Below are positions 22,491 to 34,453 of a DNA stretch of 64,000 nucleotides, piece by piece. Both the position numbers and the translations under genes were made by a program. Positions within the stretch are counted from its first letter, which is position 1. Each line of letters starts with the position of its first letter. Origin of the DNA: Cyanidioschyzon merolae (taxonomy: Eukaryota); the NCBI GenBank assembly GCA_000091205.1, contig AP006485.2. One strand, written 5' to 3'. The notes below the pieces were generated by a model. It had not been told where the DNA came from. It ran no database searches and saw only the letters and a list, made by a program, of their open reading frames with translations.

Positions 22491-24317
22491 TCATTGCTTA
22501 AACCCAAAACCGCTCTTCTTGGATGACGAGGCATCACTCTTCTTCTTATTAAGTTTTCGACGAGCAGCTCGGTTCCCGATATTGCTTGCCAGATCCCCAG
22601 ATGCCAGGTTCGTCGCCAAGTCTCCCGGATTCTGTGACGCATTCGAAGGAACCGGTCCAGCGCCACTGCCACCGCCCATCATCCTTCTCGACATCTGGGC
22701 CATCACGTTCCTCATGTTCACGAAATCGCGCATGAGGCTCTCCACTTGCTCCAGCGATCGACCCGATCCCCGGGCAATCCGTCGCATGCGACTCGCCGCC
22801 GTTTTATCAACGGTGAGTAGATCGGGATTCGCGCGCTCCCGCGGCGTCATCGAATTAATGACAGACTCAGCTAGGCGCAGACGCTTTTCGCCAGCGCGCA
22901 ACTGGTCCTCCTTCAGCATACCGGAGACGCCAGGCAACAACTTTAGAACGCCGGCGAAGGAACCCATCGAACGCACGAACCGAGTCTGGCGTAAAAAGTC
23001 ATTGAAATCAAAGCGCGCCTCCAGCATCTTGCGAGCCAGCTGTTCAGCCTCCTTTTCGTCGACCGCCTCCTGCGCACGCTCAACCAGCGTGATGATATCA
23101 CCCATGCCGAGGATGCGTGACGCCATTCGATCTGGATAGAATTTCTCCAGTTTGTCCAGTTTCTCACCAACCCCGATGAATTTAATCGGCGCCCCCGAGA
23201 TCTGCTTGATCGACAACGCTGCGCCGCCGCGCGTGTCGCCATCCATTTTCGTGAGGATCGCACCCGTGATCCCAATCCGCTCATGGAATGCTCGCGTGAT
23301 ATTGGCTGCCTCCTGACCGATCATCCCATCGACAACGAGCAGGATTTCCGCTGGAGAGAGCACCCGCTTGATCTGTTGAAGCTCCTCCATGAGTCGCTCA
23401 TCGATGACTTGGCGGCCGGCTGTGTCCACGATCATAAAATCGAACGCTTTCTGTTTGGCGTAGTCGAGGGCTCTGGTGGCCACCTCCAGTGCGGTAACGG
23501 AGCCGGTCCCAACCATAGCTGGGATGAAAACTTCCGTTTCAATTTGTTGACCTAGCGTTTGGAGTTGCTCGACTGCGGCTGGTCGCTGCACATCAGCCGC
23601 AACGAGCAGAACCTTTTTCCGCGATCGCTTTTCGGTTTGGAGTAAACGTGCAAGTTTCGCTGATTGTGTCGTCTTGCCAGCGCCCTGCAGGCCGGCCATG
23701 AGAATCACGGTAGGTTTCGTGGGACTCTCTGCTAGTGCCGGCAGAGGAGATGCACCCGCCTTGCTGGAACTGGTCGCCGGGTCACCGCCTAGCAGGCGAA
23801 TCAGCTCGTCGTAGACGATTTTCACGAACTGCTGGCCTGGTGTTACGCCTTTCACAACCTTCATGTTCAGCGCTTGCTCTTTAATCGCGGCAAGGAGGAT
23901 GTCGACCACTTTGACGTTTACATCAGCGTCAATCAAGGCGCGCCTCACTTCTTTAAGGGTCGGCTCGATATTGGTCTCCGTGATTTTGTCCAGACCTCGC
24001 AGTGCGGCCAATGAGCGTTGAAAGTTTTCGGTAAGGGCTTCAAAAAGCATTCGGGTACCTGCAAAGCCATGAGGAGAACCCCGCAGAGCGTGAAACCTGC
24101 GGAAAGCAACCTGCTCCCTCTCCAGGTGCAGCACTCTTGCTGTTGCAATACCCGCCCTGTCGTAGCTTCCTAGCCACGCTGACTTGTGACGGAAAGAGCA
24201 TCCCGTGCTCGCCTGGGGCCCGAACCCGCGGCTGTTTCTTCCGGGGCAAACAGCTCGCAGCTGCCTATTGCGGGAGGTTCTTGACCAACAAACGTGAACC
24301 TGAAAGGCTGTTTGCAT
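22491..24317 (-). CDS. ffh: Chloroplast-type signal recognition particle 54-kDa protein (cpSRP54 / Ffh homolog) with an N-terminal presequence of about 95 aa.
   Basis: Ffh-like N domain (MLFEALTENFQRSLAALRG..EVRRALIDADVNV). G domain with GLQGAGKTT, DTAGR and TKMDGDTRGGAALS. M domain with the Met-rich C-terminus. Presequence is rich in R/S and has no hydrophobic signal peptide. Confidence 0.9.
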   Translation of the reverse strand: MQTAFQVHVCWSRTSRNRQLRAVCPGRNSRGFGPQASTGCSFRHKSAWLGSYDRAGIATARVLHLEREQVAFRRFHALRGSPHGFAGTRMLFEALTENFQRSLAALRGLDKITETNIEPTLKEVRRALIDADVNVKVVDILLAAIKEQALNMKVVKGVTPGQQFVKIVYDELIRLLGGDPATSSSKAGASPLPALAESPTKPTVILMAGLQGAGKTTQSAKLARLLQTEKRSRKKVLLVAADVQRPAAVEQLQTLGQQIETEVFIPAMVGTGSVTALEVATRALDYAKQKAFDFMIVDTAGRQVIDERLMEELQQIKRVLSPAEILLVVDGMIGQEAANITRAFHERIGITGAILTKMDGDTRGGAALSIKQISGAPIKFIGVGEKLDKLEKFYPDRMASRILGMGDIITLVERAQEAVDEKEAEQLARKMLEARFDFNDFLRQTRFVRSMGSFAGVLKLLPGVSGMLKEDQLRAGEKRLRLAESVINSMTPRERANPDLLTVDKTAASRMRRIARGSGRSLEQVESLMRDFVNMRNVMAQMSRRMMGGGSGAGPVPSNASQNPGDLATNLASGDLASNIGNRAARRKLNKKKSDASSSKKSGFGFKQ

Positions 24318-24884
24318 CTCCAGTCGCTCGAAGCGTCCGAACTGTGCACCCGCTCAGCTGCAAGTACCTGAACTTGCCGGCTGTTAGGAATCAAGCGTCC
24401 CCTCGCGAAGGCGACGGGCACGCGCCAGCGTGCGGCCTCGCGCCCACGTACGCCGGGAGGCCGCCCGCCGCCGCCGCATCACCGGGGCGGGATCGCCATC
24501 GCACCCGGACCTGTCGAAGCATTTGCGGGTACGCTCGTGCCGATGAACATGGAACACTGCACTGCATGCTGTTTCCCTGATTTTCAGTATTTGCGAGGTT
24601 TTTATTCGATGTCCAGTTTTGGTGTATGAAGTGCAGCAGTAAGCGTGCGCAGACACACAAGTCGTTGTATGAATCTCGGACGCAATTTTGATGTGGAATC
24701 CTCGCCGCGTTGCAGATGCAGTTTGCTCTGTTACCGGATTCAGGATAATTTGCAATGCGCTCGAACAAGGACTTGTAAATGAATCGAGTACCTCTTCCAA
24801 AGCATATGTGTGAACATCGATTATTTACTTGTTGTTAGGTGTAGCATGCTTAAATCCCCCATGCTTTAAGTTTTTCCAAGCATT

Positions 24885-25320
24885 TTGTCGCTAGGCAACT
24901 CGTCGACGTCCGTGATGACATGTCAACAAGCTGATGCCGAATTTTCACAGAGCTTATCGTGTTCAATAATCGATTCTGTTCGTAAGACAAATCCACTTTT
25001 CTTTGTTGCCATTGATGAAATGGCATACCTCTGCATAATGATACCTTTCATGGAATATGCTCCCAGACGCCCCGATGTCTTATGTTCGCATGGAAAGGAG
25101 CCTTCGGATTGGATTTCATTTGTGGCAGTGATTGCTTCCAGTGGAGTTCGCATCACCGCTTTGCAGGAATGGAGCGCAAACAGATCGAAATGTCTCGACG
25201 TGTTCTCAAGGCTGGATTTGTCTTTTGGTGCTTGTTTCATCATGGACAACATCGCGTTCCACGTATGCTCCATCTATTGGGGAAGTGTGCGCTTGCATGC
25301 GCAGCGGACGGCGTAATCGC
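24885..25320. repeat. Diverged dispersed repeat, about 75% nt identity to 30960..31260.
   Basis: Shared segment gcttgtttcatcatggacaacatcgcgttccac(g/a)tat(g/c)ctccatc. Translations agree on both strands (ACFIMDNIAFH on +; MWNAMLSMMKQA on -). Confidence 0.7.
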
Positions 25321-26007
25321 CGCAAAAAGACGCAATGATGAAGCCACTGATGGCGGAGTGCAGCACCGGACGCGGAAACGGAGGAGTGCATCGAGGCGAG
25401 CCCCTGCAACTGTCAAGGGCGTTTATCGAATGGTGGTGCAAGCGTTCGCAGGCCAGAGAACGGCGCTAAGAGCAGAATGAGGTGTGATTCAGGTTTGAGA
25501 ACTCCTGACGACTGCCAAATGTAACCCTTGCCAGGGGTGCACAGAGGCTTGATCTAAATTGGATGAAGATAGTACGTGAAACGTAAATTCCTATTTCCGC
25601 CTGTGCATAAATTGGGTGAACAACATCTGGAAGCAGCGAAATTTTGCCTTTGACGCTGCCTTGATTATCCTTCGACCGCTGGTGACGGAACTGTAAAGAA
25701 GCGAGAGACCGGCGTCGTTCAAGTCTGTGATCAGAGGACGGATAAGGGAGCAGTCGCAGAATGTCTCGCATATGCTGGTATAGATGGTATTGGAAAGAAA
25801 AGGGAAACCTCAGCGTATAGGGGCCAATCAGTGGATCTGCTCTATTTCATACCGACATGGATGTAGTAGGGCGATGCAAGAATTGCCACGAGTGCTGGCC
25901 TTGCAAAAGAAAATAGGAATAGAAGCCGCGGTGTCCAAGTCTATTCCGCCATAACATACCATTCGACAGACGCTATGTACTCGTGAATACGGGCGCTCTC
26001 TGTATTC

Positions 26008-26036
26008 CACATCTCGCTCGCTCGCTCGCTCGCTCG
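26008..26036. repeat. (CTCG)6 microsatellite.
   Basis: ctcgctcgctcgctcgctcgctcg read directly. Confidence 0.9.
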
Positions 26037-26777
26037 ACGCTTCGAAATACTATGCGTTGATTGGTGCACTCTACCGGAAATGTCTCGTTTTATGGAAGAT
26101 GTTTTGCACCATCACTTGTCCACATCTGTTTGTGGTACAGTGGAAGAGGGCGGTCCTTCAGTATGCCTCGCTACCTAGCTCGATAAATGTGGTCGAGAGA
26201 GACGCCACGTTTCGATGCAGTTCAGCGGGTATCGTTTCCTGGAAACGCTGGCCGTTGGAATAGCAACATGCTTTCATCGCCAATTGCAGTCGTCACAATG
26301 GTAAATAAAAAGCCCCTGTGGTTTTTACAATGCATTGGGAACGTTGCAGCGCGCCGCTCGGCGGCCAGGTTCCTCGAGCACCTGTGCGCTCTGATCTACT
26401 CGGGCGATATTCCGGTACGTGCGCGAAAAGTGATAAAATCCTGGCGCTAGACTCATCGATCATGAACCATCAAAAAGAAGGTCAGCACCAAAAACCTCCG
26501 AACATCAAAGCCCGCCGATCCAACGAAAGGCCATTCAGTTTCTAGACGAATCGTGCCGCAGCGCCCGGCCCCAGTTGCCACTGCTCCTCCAGGAACGCTG
26601 GTCTGATCTAGCGTCTATTCCCCAAACAGAAACATTTCGAGACTTGCTGATGCATAGAGACATCTGTTATGGTTCGGTGGTTTCACGCGCCGTTATTTGC
26701 TGCCATCACGCGTCCAGACGGGTTTGGCTCGACCCATAGATCTTGTTCCAAAAAATCCCTGCAGTGCCTGCAAAAGG

Positions 26778-27443
26778 TTACTCGAAAGCCAGGAGGATAA
26801 CCCATGCCAGACCGCAGAACAATAGCGCGATGGGAAACTGCGCAAGAGGTTTCCGACCAGCTTGGACGCCCACATCCGCTAGCAGTGTCGAGCTCGCGAA
26901 CACGGACCATCCCAGCGCGACGAGGATCGTCACAACGCGCAGCAAACTCTCGATAACCTGACTAGCGACGGCTGCGTGCCATATCAGACAAAGCACTGCT
27001 CCAACGAATAAAGGCGTCACTGCATACCCGAGCAAGCAGATGCTCTGAAATAGCGGTAGCTTGCACCCTAACAGCGAAGCGTTCAGCGTTACGATGGCGC
27101 CTCCAACCCAGATTATCACAAACACCAGACTGAACACTGTCGACGGAGCGCTCTTTGAAACAGCGGACAGCGTCACCGACAGTGCCAGACAGACAAGCAG
27201 TGGGCCCCACAGGTCCCAGTCGTGCAACTCTGTCTGTAACTCGGCTGCACGACGTCGAGCTTCGGGAAGCGATAGGCCCCGGTCACTCGCACAACGACAC
27301 GGTAGCGCGACCAAGCGTGCGCGTTTAAGAACGACCCGCAAGTCTCGAAGAATAGAGTCCAGTAAGCTTTCGTCCAGCGTGCTCGGAGACACCATCCACT
27401 TGCAGGTAGAGGCCAGTGAATAGTGGAGAAGCACACGCGGCAA
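26778..27443 (-). CDS. Yip1-domain family membrane protein (Rab-GTPase-interacting, Golgi). Tentative.
   Basis: Cytosolic N-terminal region of about 85 aa followed by the family-typical DLWGPL motif (HDWDLWGPLLVCL) and about 5 TM helices; 221 aa. Confidence 0.5.
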   Translation of the reverse strand: MPRVLLHYSLASTCKWMVSPSTLDESLLDSILRDLRVVLKRARLVALPCRCASDRGLSLPEARRRAAELQTELHDWDLWGPLLVCLALSVTLSAVSKSAPSTVFSLVFVIIWVGGAIVTLNASLLGCKLPLFQSICLLGYAVTPLFVGAVLCLIWHAAVASQVIESLLRVVTILVALGWSVFASSTLLADVGVQAGRKPLAQFPIALLFCGLAWVILLAFE

Positions 27444-29229
27444 TGGCCTGGAAAGAGACGCTTGCCAGTGGACACGTGTCTCGTTGCTGCCCAGGTACGC
27501 GAATCGCCCGCGGGATTTGCGCGAAAGCTACGGCGGACCTGCTTCTGGTGTAACGTCGACATCTCGCTTTCTTTTGACAAAGCGTTTACACGGACGTGTG
27601 ATTCCCTCATGTGCGGTTGATAGCAGCAGTCGCGAAAAGTTCTATCGATTGATTTACCTACATCTAAATTGCACGATGCATAATTTTCCTCGGAGGTACC
27701 AGTTCTTTCGTACGTTCGAAAGTGTACCGAGCCTGTTGTGAGCGTCAGCGATAGCACTTGGAGCGCAGTTGCTGACGCATGACGAAAACGGAACAGCTTT
27801 GCCGTACCACGGAGCGTGTCAGCTCCCGGGCCGGTATCATCGATGCACGGCACGCGTGCGCGACACGATACTGGCCTGGTTGCATGATTCTCGCGACGGT
27901 AACGCCATGACTGTAGGCGAGGTGCAGGCACGCGCGTCGTGGGGCTTCTTCTACGCATCATAGGGACGCATTCCGCCGAATCAAATGTTATGGATGGAGA
28001 TTGCCTGATACCGGAGAAACAACCAAGTGGACCCTCGGTTACGTTTCACTGGTGATGATGCGCGATTCCGTGGACGAGCGCGTCCATGTTGCTCTGCGTC
28101 CAGGGCGGGTCAAGGAGCCTGTTCTGCTGTCGCCATGAGCTCATCGCGTTTGGTGTGTCGGGCCGACGATTGCTAGCTGCTAAGTTGAAGTGCTTGGTGT
28201 GGCGGAGTTAGGTTATGCGTGTGCACGTGCCGCAGGTGAATACCGCTGTCTCTTTTTTCGACTGAGCGTCGCGCGGTCAAGCCCCGGCAGGATGCATCCC
28301 GCTCTGCTTTCTATGCTTGAGCACGCTGGACGCTGCTCCATAGCATGATGCGAGCATCGCGTTGGCGTTCACTGTCGTGCCGTGCTCCTCCGTCAGCCGT
28401 TCCTTCCAGACTCATCGAGTGCACGCCTCATTCGTGGAAGTGGAGCGTATTATAGAGTTTTGCCCTGAGTGCCGCCCGGCAGACGACCAAACATGGCATC
28501 GAAGCATCGTTCAGGGAAGTCAGCTCGACTGGACTCGGCAATCAGAGACTCGGGTTTTCCTCGAACTCTAGGTTTAGCATCAGCAGTGCAGCACCGAACG
28601 AAATCCAACGTACGAGCACGCGGATCGTACCTCGAATATGGACTCCTGGGTCTAGAGCAGCGGGGAACCGTCGCGTTCCCAGGGATTCATGATGAGCGCA
28701 TCACAACTGCCCGCTCGGATGCTTGTCTAGCTGGGCGTTCAACCACAGCGAGTGAGTTTGAATTCATGCTGGCACGGATACCGACCAAGGAATACCGTCT
28801 TGCGGTGTGCGACCGCGCACGCATTGGACATCGTCTCTGCACAGCATCAATGCTGTACAAGATGCATGCATCCGCTCATGTTGTGCACCAAACGGCCGGA
28901 GTTGCGCACTTACGACCCGCTTGTCCCCCAAAGCATGTGCAGCCTACGCCAAGATCTTTCTCTGTGGAGAATCGATGTTGTTGGAGATATCCAGCGCTGC
29001 TTGCATGAGCAAAACAACAGACAAAATGCCTAACGCGCCGCGCTGGCAGGACGCGAGATATTTTTCGCAGCTGCGTGACACGGCCGGCGGAGGCGGCGGC
29101 TGGCATTTCTCGCGCCTAATCTGAAATTCGAGCAAGATTTGAGGTTGAACGGCTGGACGTGTAACGCTACGCAGGCACACGGTACAAGACTTTGGAGCAA
29201 CTTGAGTTTTCCAGGAACACTGGAAGTGT

Positions 29230-30183
29230 GTGTGCGAAATGGTTGGTGAAAAGGTATCCACCTCAAGGCGTGGTAGTGCGCAGGACGTCTCAAAGAACAC
29301 ACCCGAGGCAGACGCAACCGCAGGAGCCTATGGGTCGCCTGCGCTGCACGGTGCCTCCTGGGGCGGCACCTCGCTGCGACAACGTCAGCGGAACGCACTG
29401 GGCTTGCCAAGATCAAGTCCGGATCAAGATGAATCGCGGCAAAGGTCACCGACTCCTGGACGGAGCTGTCCAGCGTCACCACCTGCTACCCGATTACAGG
29501 GAAAGGCCGAGGAAGGCCGTCGTCACAGCACGGAACAACGTCGTAGTCTGGGCGACTTTGAAAGTTTATCTTCTCGTTCGAGCCAAAGCAGTGGACCTAT
29601 GTCGCCGACACTCTCGGGGTTACAGACTGAGCTCATTCCGGAGCACGCACCTCTAGACCCGGGTTTGCCGTCGAGCCTTTTTGGCCTGGGGCCGACCTGC
29701 AAGGAACACGACTCGTTCTCGGTGCCAGGTCAGAAGGGCGCACGCCCGCCACATCGACGAACACATGAGTATAGCCACGAACACGCGGCAGGGGCCGACA
29801 TGGGGCCCTCCACGCGTATCGGTAGCCTGGAAGTTATACCACGCTTGGTCAGCGACGAGGGCATCCACGCGCAGTTGATGGATACACCGCGACTGGGCTC
29901 TTTTGACGCATCCGGAGGCAGTATCGCACGGTCGCTAGACTCTTGGCGCCCTTGCTTGCCAAGCGACGAAATTTTTTGCGACATTGATGGGTCACAGGTC
30001 CAGAAACTGGAGAAACTCGTGGGTGCGCTGCGCGCTTTGGTCCCGAGTGATGAGGAACGCTGCACAATTCTGGGGAACGAACTGCGGAACGCGCTCGAGC
30101 ACCGCGGACTGAGTGTTCAGATCCACACGGTCATGCGGATGCTCGAAGACGCTGATCAAATAGAGTTGACGAAGGGACATTGA
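29230..30183 (+). CDS. Hypothetical protein: Ser/Pro/Arg-rich low-complexity N-terminal half and structured C-terminal about 90 aa.
   Basis: Longest ORF in an otherwise ORF-poor stretch. No recognisable family. Could be a chance ORF in GC-rich DNA. Confidence 0.3.
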   Translation: MCEMVGEKVSTSRRGSAQDVSKNTPEADATAGAYGSPALHGASWGGTSLRQRQRNALGLPRSSPDQDESRQRSPTPGRSCPASPPATRLQGKAEEGRRHSTEQRRSLGDFESLSSRSSQSSGPMSPTLSGLQTELIPEHAPLDPGLPSSLFGLGPTCKEHDSFSVPGQKGARPPHRRTHEYSHEHAAGADMGPSTRIGSLEVIPRLVSDEGIHAQLMDTPRLGSFDASGGSIARSLDSWRPCLPSDEIFCDIDGSQVQKLEKLVGALRALVPSDEERCTILGNELRNALEHRGLSVQIHTVMRMLEDADQIELTKGH

Positions 30184-30676
30184 TGTTTTGGGTCCATCGA
30201 CGTAGGCGAGCGCATGTCGCAAAAAGCGCTCGCCTTTGTTTCCTAACGTGAGCGATTAACACGTACCGATAGATGGCAGCGTCCCTATAAACGCTGCTCG
30301 TGGGGTCGGTGTAAAGGTAACCAGTGCTGTCGCCTGGCAACTGGGTGGTAAACGAAATCAGGCGCTGCTGCATCGAGCGGCAGGGCCTTGGCGTAGGTCC
30401 CACATCTACACTCGTGACAGATTAAAACGGGAGACTGAGGTGCTCCCTCACTTTTTACCTTTCGATGTTTCCGAAATTTTCAGATATACTGCCTCGATAT
30501 TCGAAGCGCAACAGGAAAGGCTTCTGGATGCATATGTCGTCTAGGAATGCTCGCTCGTGTTTTCCGAGGGCCACGTTGACGCGTTGCACCTGGAATTCGA
30601 TATGTCACCGGAATCAAGATGATTCGCGACGCGCTCGAAGACGGTTTTTGCAAAATCATCGAGATTGTGGTCCAGT

Positions 30677-31381
30677 TCAGACGGACAGATCTCCGCGCTT
30701 CGCCCTTTTCTGACGCTTACCGTGATGAATGCGCGAATTGTTCAAGTTTTTGATCTTTCTGTCTCGAGGCAGCTCGTGAGCGCTGCGATTCGCGCCACTC
30801 TGGATTGACGAGTGTGAATTCTCGACGCCATTTCCTGTCGAATTCTTCAGAGACTCCTGCCGACGTGTCATTGAACTGGTTACGTGGGTGAAGCATTGAG
30901 TTCGTTCCAAATAAAGATCGGCCTCGCTGTATAGTGGTCGGCGCAAGAGCATTCGACAACAGCATGATGCCCCGTACCCGATATGCTCGCAGTTGCTCTC
31001 GGTTCCTCGCGTTGCATGGAAAGGCGTTATAGACTCGGACTTGGCCATCGACGCTATCGCTTCCAGTCGAGAATGCGTCAGCGCATGCAGCTTAAGGACC
31101 GTGAACGGGCCGAAGTTTCTCGACTTGGTCTCGATCGTAGATGCTGCTTCCAGTGCTTGTTTCATCATGGACAACATCGCGTTCCACATATCCTCCATCA
31201 AATGGAGTAGCATCTGCTTGCTGGTGCAGCGGAAGGAGTCCTCGGCAAAGCTATCGCCCACAAGAGGCCTGTGATCGTAGACTACGTCGTCGGACGCAGA
31301 AACGAATCCGGGTATTGAAGCGAGCCTTTTGCGTCGATAGAGGGGAATGCAATCTGTGATGGAACCTGCAGGTCCGTACAA
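30677..31381 (-). CDS. Hypothetical protein encoded within the diverged repeat family (MWNAMLSMMKQA-containing). Paralogous shorter ORF at 24923..25273 (-).
   Basis: 234-aa ORF. Its central about 70 aa are conserved, with amino-acid substitutions, with the 24923..25273 ORF. No family recognised. Confidence 0.3.
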   Translation of the reverse strand: MYGPAGSITDCIPLYRRKRLASIPGFVSASDDVVYDHRPLVGDSFAEDSFRCTSKQMLLHLMEDMWNAMLSMMKQALEAASTIETKSRNFGPFTVLKLHALTHSRLEAIASMAKSESITPFHATRGTESNCEHIGYGASCCCRMLLRRPLYSEADLYLERTQCFTHVTSSMTRRQESLKNSTGNGVENSHSSIQSGANRSAHELPRDRKIKNLNNSRIHHGKRQKRAKRGDLSV

Positions 31382-31822
31382 TTTATTTTATGATTGCGTA
31401 TCATGAGGAGCAGGACACTCGCTACATTCCTGCACGATTAAGAACCGGAACCAATTCAGGATAGAAGAGCTTCAACCGGGTATTGTTTTTATTCCAAGCA
31501 ATCTCCTCGAAATGCTGTTTGCCTTCCCTGTCTTTGTGACGCGAACGTCGAGCACGACGCCCTCGCATCCAAATGGCGAGCATTAGGAGACTACCTGGAG
31601 ACGCTGGTGTGGGCCCGCTTAGCAAATACTCTCCACAGCAACGAGACTCCAGTTGGCGATTCCTGATAGCGCCTTGAAGCTACTTGTTGCCGAGCGCTGA
31701 AACAGCTTGTCGATGCGTCCAGTTTCTACAGCGAACACCATGCTGTGGAGCACAGGGCGCTCAGCGGGCGTCCAGCGCGCTCCACAACTTCGCGACAGAG
31801 CTATATGCATAGCTTTAAATGA

Positions 31823-34445
31823 TGGAATGCAGAAGGCAGCACAACCTTTTTGGTTTTTCTCGAAGATATTTAAAATACAGAATTGGAACATTTTGATTCG
31901 AGAACGATCATGGTAGGGTTTTATGTGTTCATGGCTCGCTTGAGACATAAAAGCCTCATACAAGTCAGCCATTCGACGGTTAGCGGGTGGATAAACCACC
32001 CTTCTCGTCGTCGTCGTTACCCATTACGTCGTGCATCCAGACCAGAACCCATCGACTGCGATCTGCACGACTGTCTACTCGTCGATCCGTCCCACTACAT
32101 ACCTCCTGTGAGCAAAGATATCAGAGGAGACACAGCGTGTGAAGTTTCGCGCATTTGGCACAAACAATGGCGAGCAGACACGAGTGCACGAAGGAGAAAG
32201 CACGCTCCTGGAGGATATCGTCAGGCGTTGAAGGACACACGATCGATTTCGAACTGAAACGCGAAAGCCTTGAAGTGGAGCGGCGGATGCTCGTCTCAGT
32301 CGACGAGACGTTATTCAGGACAAATGGTCAAACGATGTGTGCGTACTCAATGTGGAGCAAACTGTTGTGTATGAATAAACGGAAACCGAGCGTGACGTCA
32401 ACGCGAGCTCTCGGGGCAGTTCAGTGGAGCGCTTTCCCACATAAATCACAGAATCGATACGCTCGTTCAACACAGCATCCTTCGTTGAACCACGCTTCGT
32501 GGCTTCTCCGTCCCGCATTCCTCTGTCCAGCTGCTGCACGGCAACTTCGCTTTCCGCCACTCACAAGCGGTCAACAAGTGCGCTGCTGAGACTGGCGACG
32601 AGCTGCCCTTCGTGACAACCTCTGTTCCCTCGTTCAGTGCAGTCGAATGCCTCCGCTCTGTTCGCAGAGGCAACGTCTGCGCTCTCGGATCCATAGACGG
32701 GTCATTCGCGTGCACGTTGCGGTTCGTTCATAAACCGTTATTTCGACAGCCGTGCTCGCTCTCCTCAATCGCTAATCTGCTCTGTTGGTTCTGTGTTCGA
32801 GAACCGGGGCGAACGGAAGGCCGCGCTTCGGTCCATGAGCGCGCACACCGTGGAAAAGAGGAGCAAGCGCCAAGTAGGCAGCAGTGGATACATATATCTT
32901 TAGGAAAGGTACGCTCCGGTCCCGTCGTGCACCCCGTGCGCCCGAGTCCTGATGAAAACTAACCGATATGGCGCATCGTGATGATACACATGCCAACCTG
33001 CCAAATGGAGGACTCGCACTGGAAACCACCAGGCAGGCAAAGAAGCAAGAATGCTCCGGAATACGGGGACGAGCAGCGCCTGGAAGGAAAAATATCGGTG
33101 CAGCTATTGCTCAGTCTGGAACGGTCATCATAGCCTCGCTACCGAAACACACATCAACCGGGAGAATCACCCAAAAAGGAAGATACAGGGCGCCCTAAGG
33201 GGATGCGTAGCTTCTGACTCGAGCAGGGCTCGCTCCGCTTCCTTCGCTTTGACGTACCCTGTCAGGGTACGGCGCGTCGGCATCACCGGTGCAGCGCTGT
33301 CAGCTGTTCCAAAGCGTCTTGAAGGTTTCGATCAAATCGTCGTGCGACAACGTAACGGACACTCAGGGCAGACGATGCGAACCGTCCTGATTGTAGGATC
33401 AGTGATGTGTATACACGTTTCACAGAGGACCTCGAAGTTTCGGTGCGCCTGTCGTCGCTTCGAAGACCTACAGCGTCGGTGCCAATACGTACCAACGTGA
33501 ATCCCCGAAAGCCGAAATCATAGGCAGGCTCGTGTCGGGCGCTTCATGAGGCGCTGTATGTGCGTATTCGCGCCTCAGCTCACGGGCCCAGACTCGTGGC
33601 GACTAGTTCAAATGAATCTGCGTAACAGATACGCTACGAGTTTCCAGGCGGCGCATGTGAACCGTCTTTGGCAAGAGTACATGGGAGCGCGCCGGGGTTC
33701 ACAACGGTGTCTATCGTAAAGAGGCAGGAAACTTGCATTCGGCAACGTGTTGAATGCGTTGCAAGAAAAGGAATGGACTTGAACGTCGCGTTGTTTGATC
33801 GTAGCGTATTGGGCTGAGCGTGCTGTAGGACGCGAAAAGCGCACCCCTGTTCACTCGACAAGAGCGTACACCGAGTGCAGGAATCTGTGCTGCACGGTAT
33901 CTATCGAATCGTTCAGAACGACATACGAACACCGAGAGTGGGCGTGCACTGTGAAACTGGTAGAGAGGAAAACGCTGAAACACGGCCGAATGCACTTCAT
34001 GGTGTCCAGTACGCTGAGCGAACTTCACATACCGAAGCACTCGATGATCAGAGTCGTTGCTGTAGCGTACATCCAGCAGCCGTCGTAGGGAGACGCTCAA
34101 GCACATGCTGCACCGAGACTCTAATGCATCGATGAACCTACGGAAATGTCTTGCGCTTCCAGAATGTCTACCGGGTTGATGTCGAGCGAACGTTCAAGTA
34201 ACTGTTTCGAACTCGGACGAGGGAACGTCTCGAAACAATGAAGCCTTTGGGTGTGAAAAAATGTGGCAAGGGTAGCTGGCATTGGATTCTCGCCTGAAGC
34301 AAGGCACTGGTATGGTACATTTCGCAATGCAAAGTGACTGAAGCGCCCTATGTCTATATAGGTACCGGTACCAGTGTTCCTGTGTCATTGGTGAGCAGTA
34401 AAGATGATCCAGTATTCGATACTTTGAGCATACTCCATTTCGATG
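31823..34445. repeat. 2,623-bp direct repeat, copy A (about 98-99% identical to 59601..62223; constant offset 27,778 bp).
   Basis: All six-frame ORFs in 31.8-34.4 kb recur at +27,778 with 0-2 aa differences (for example 31883 / 59661, 32612 / 60390, 33051 / 60829, 33875 / 61653). Boundaries read from sequence (tggaatgcag ... catttcgatg). Confidence 0.92.
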
Positions 34446-34453
34446 TTTCCGGG

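Noticed and set aside
3883-24317. A bacterial-operon interpretation (EngA, Ffh, HAD, TnpB all have prokaryotic homologs).
   Set aside because: The same window encodes eIF3i, EMG1, NMT, p24/TMED, THUMPD1 and a USP. Gene spacing and N-terminal presequences indicate nuclear genes for organelle proteins instead.
27173-27961. 262-aa minus-strand ORF.
   Set aside because: Overlaps the start of the Yip1-like gene in another frame. Composition is Arg/Cys-rich and random-looking, with no motifs.
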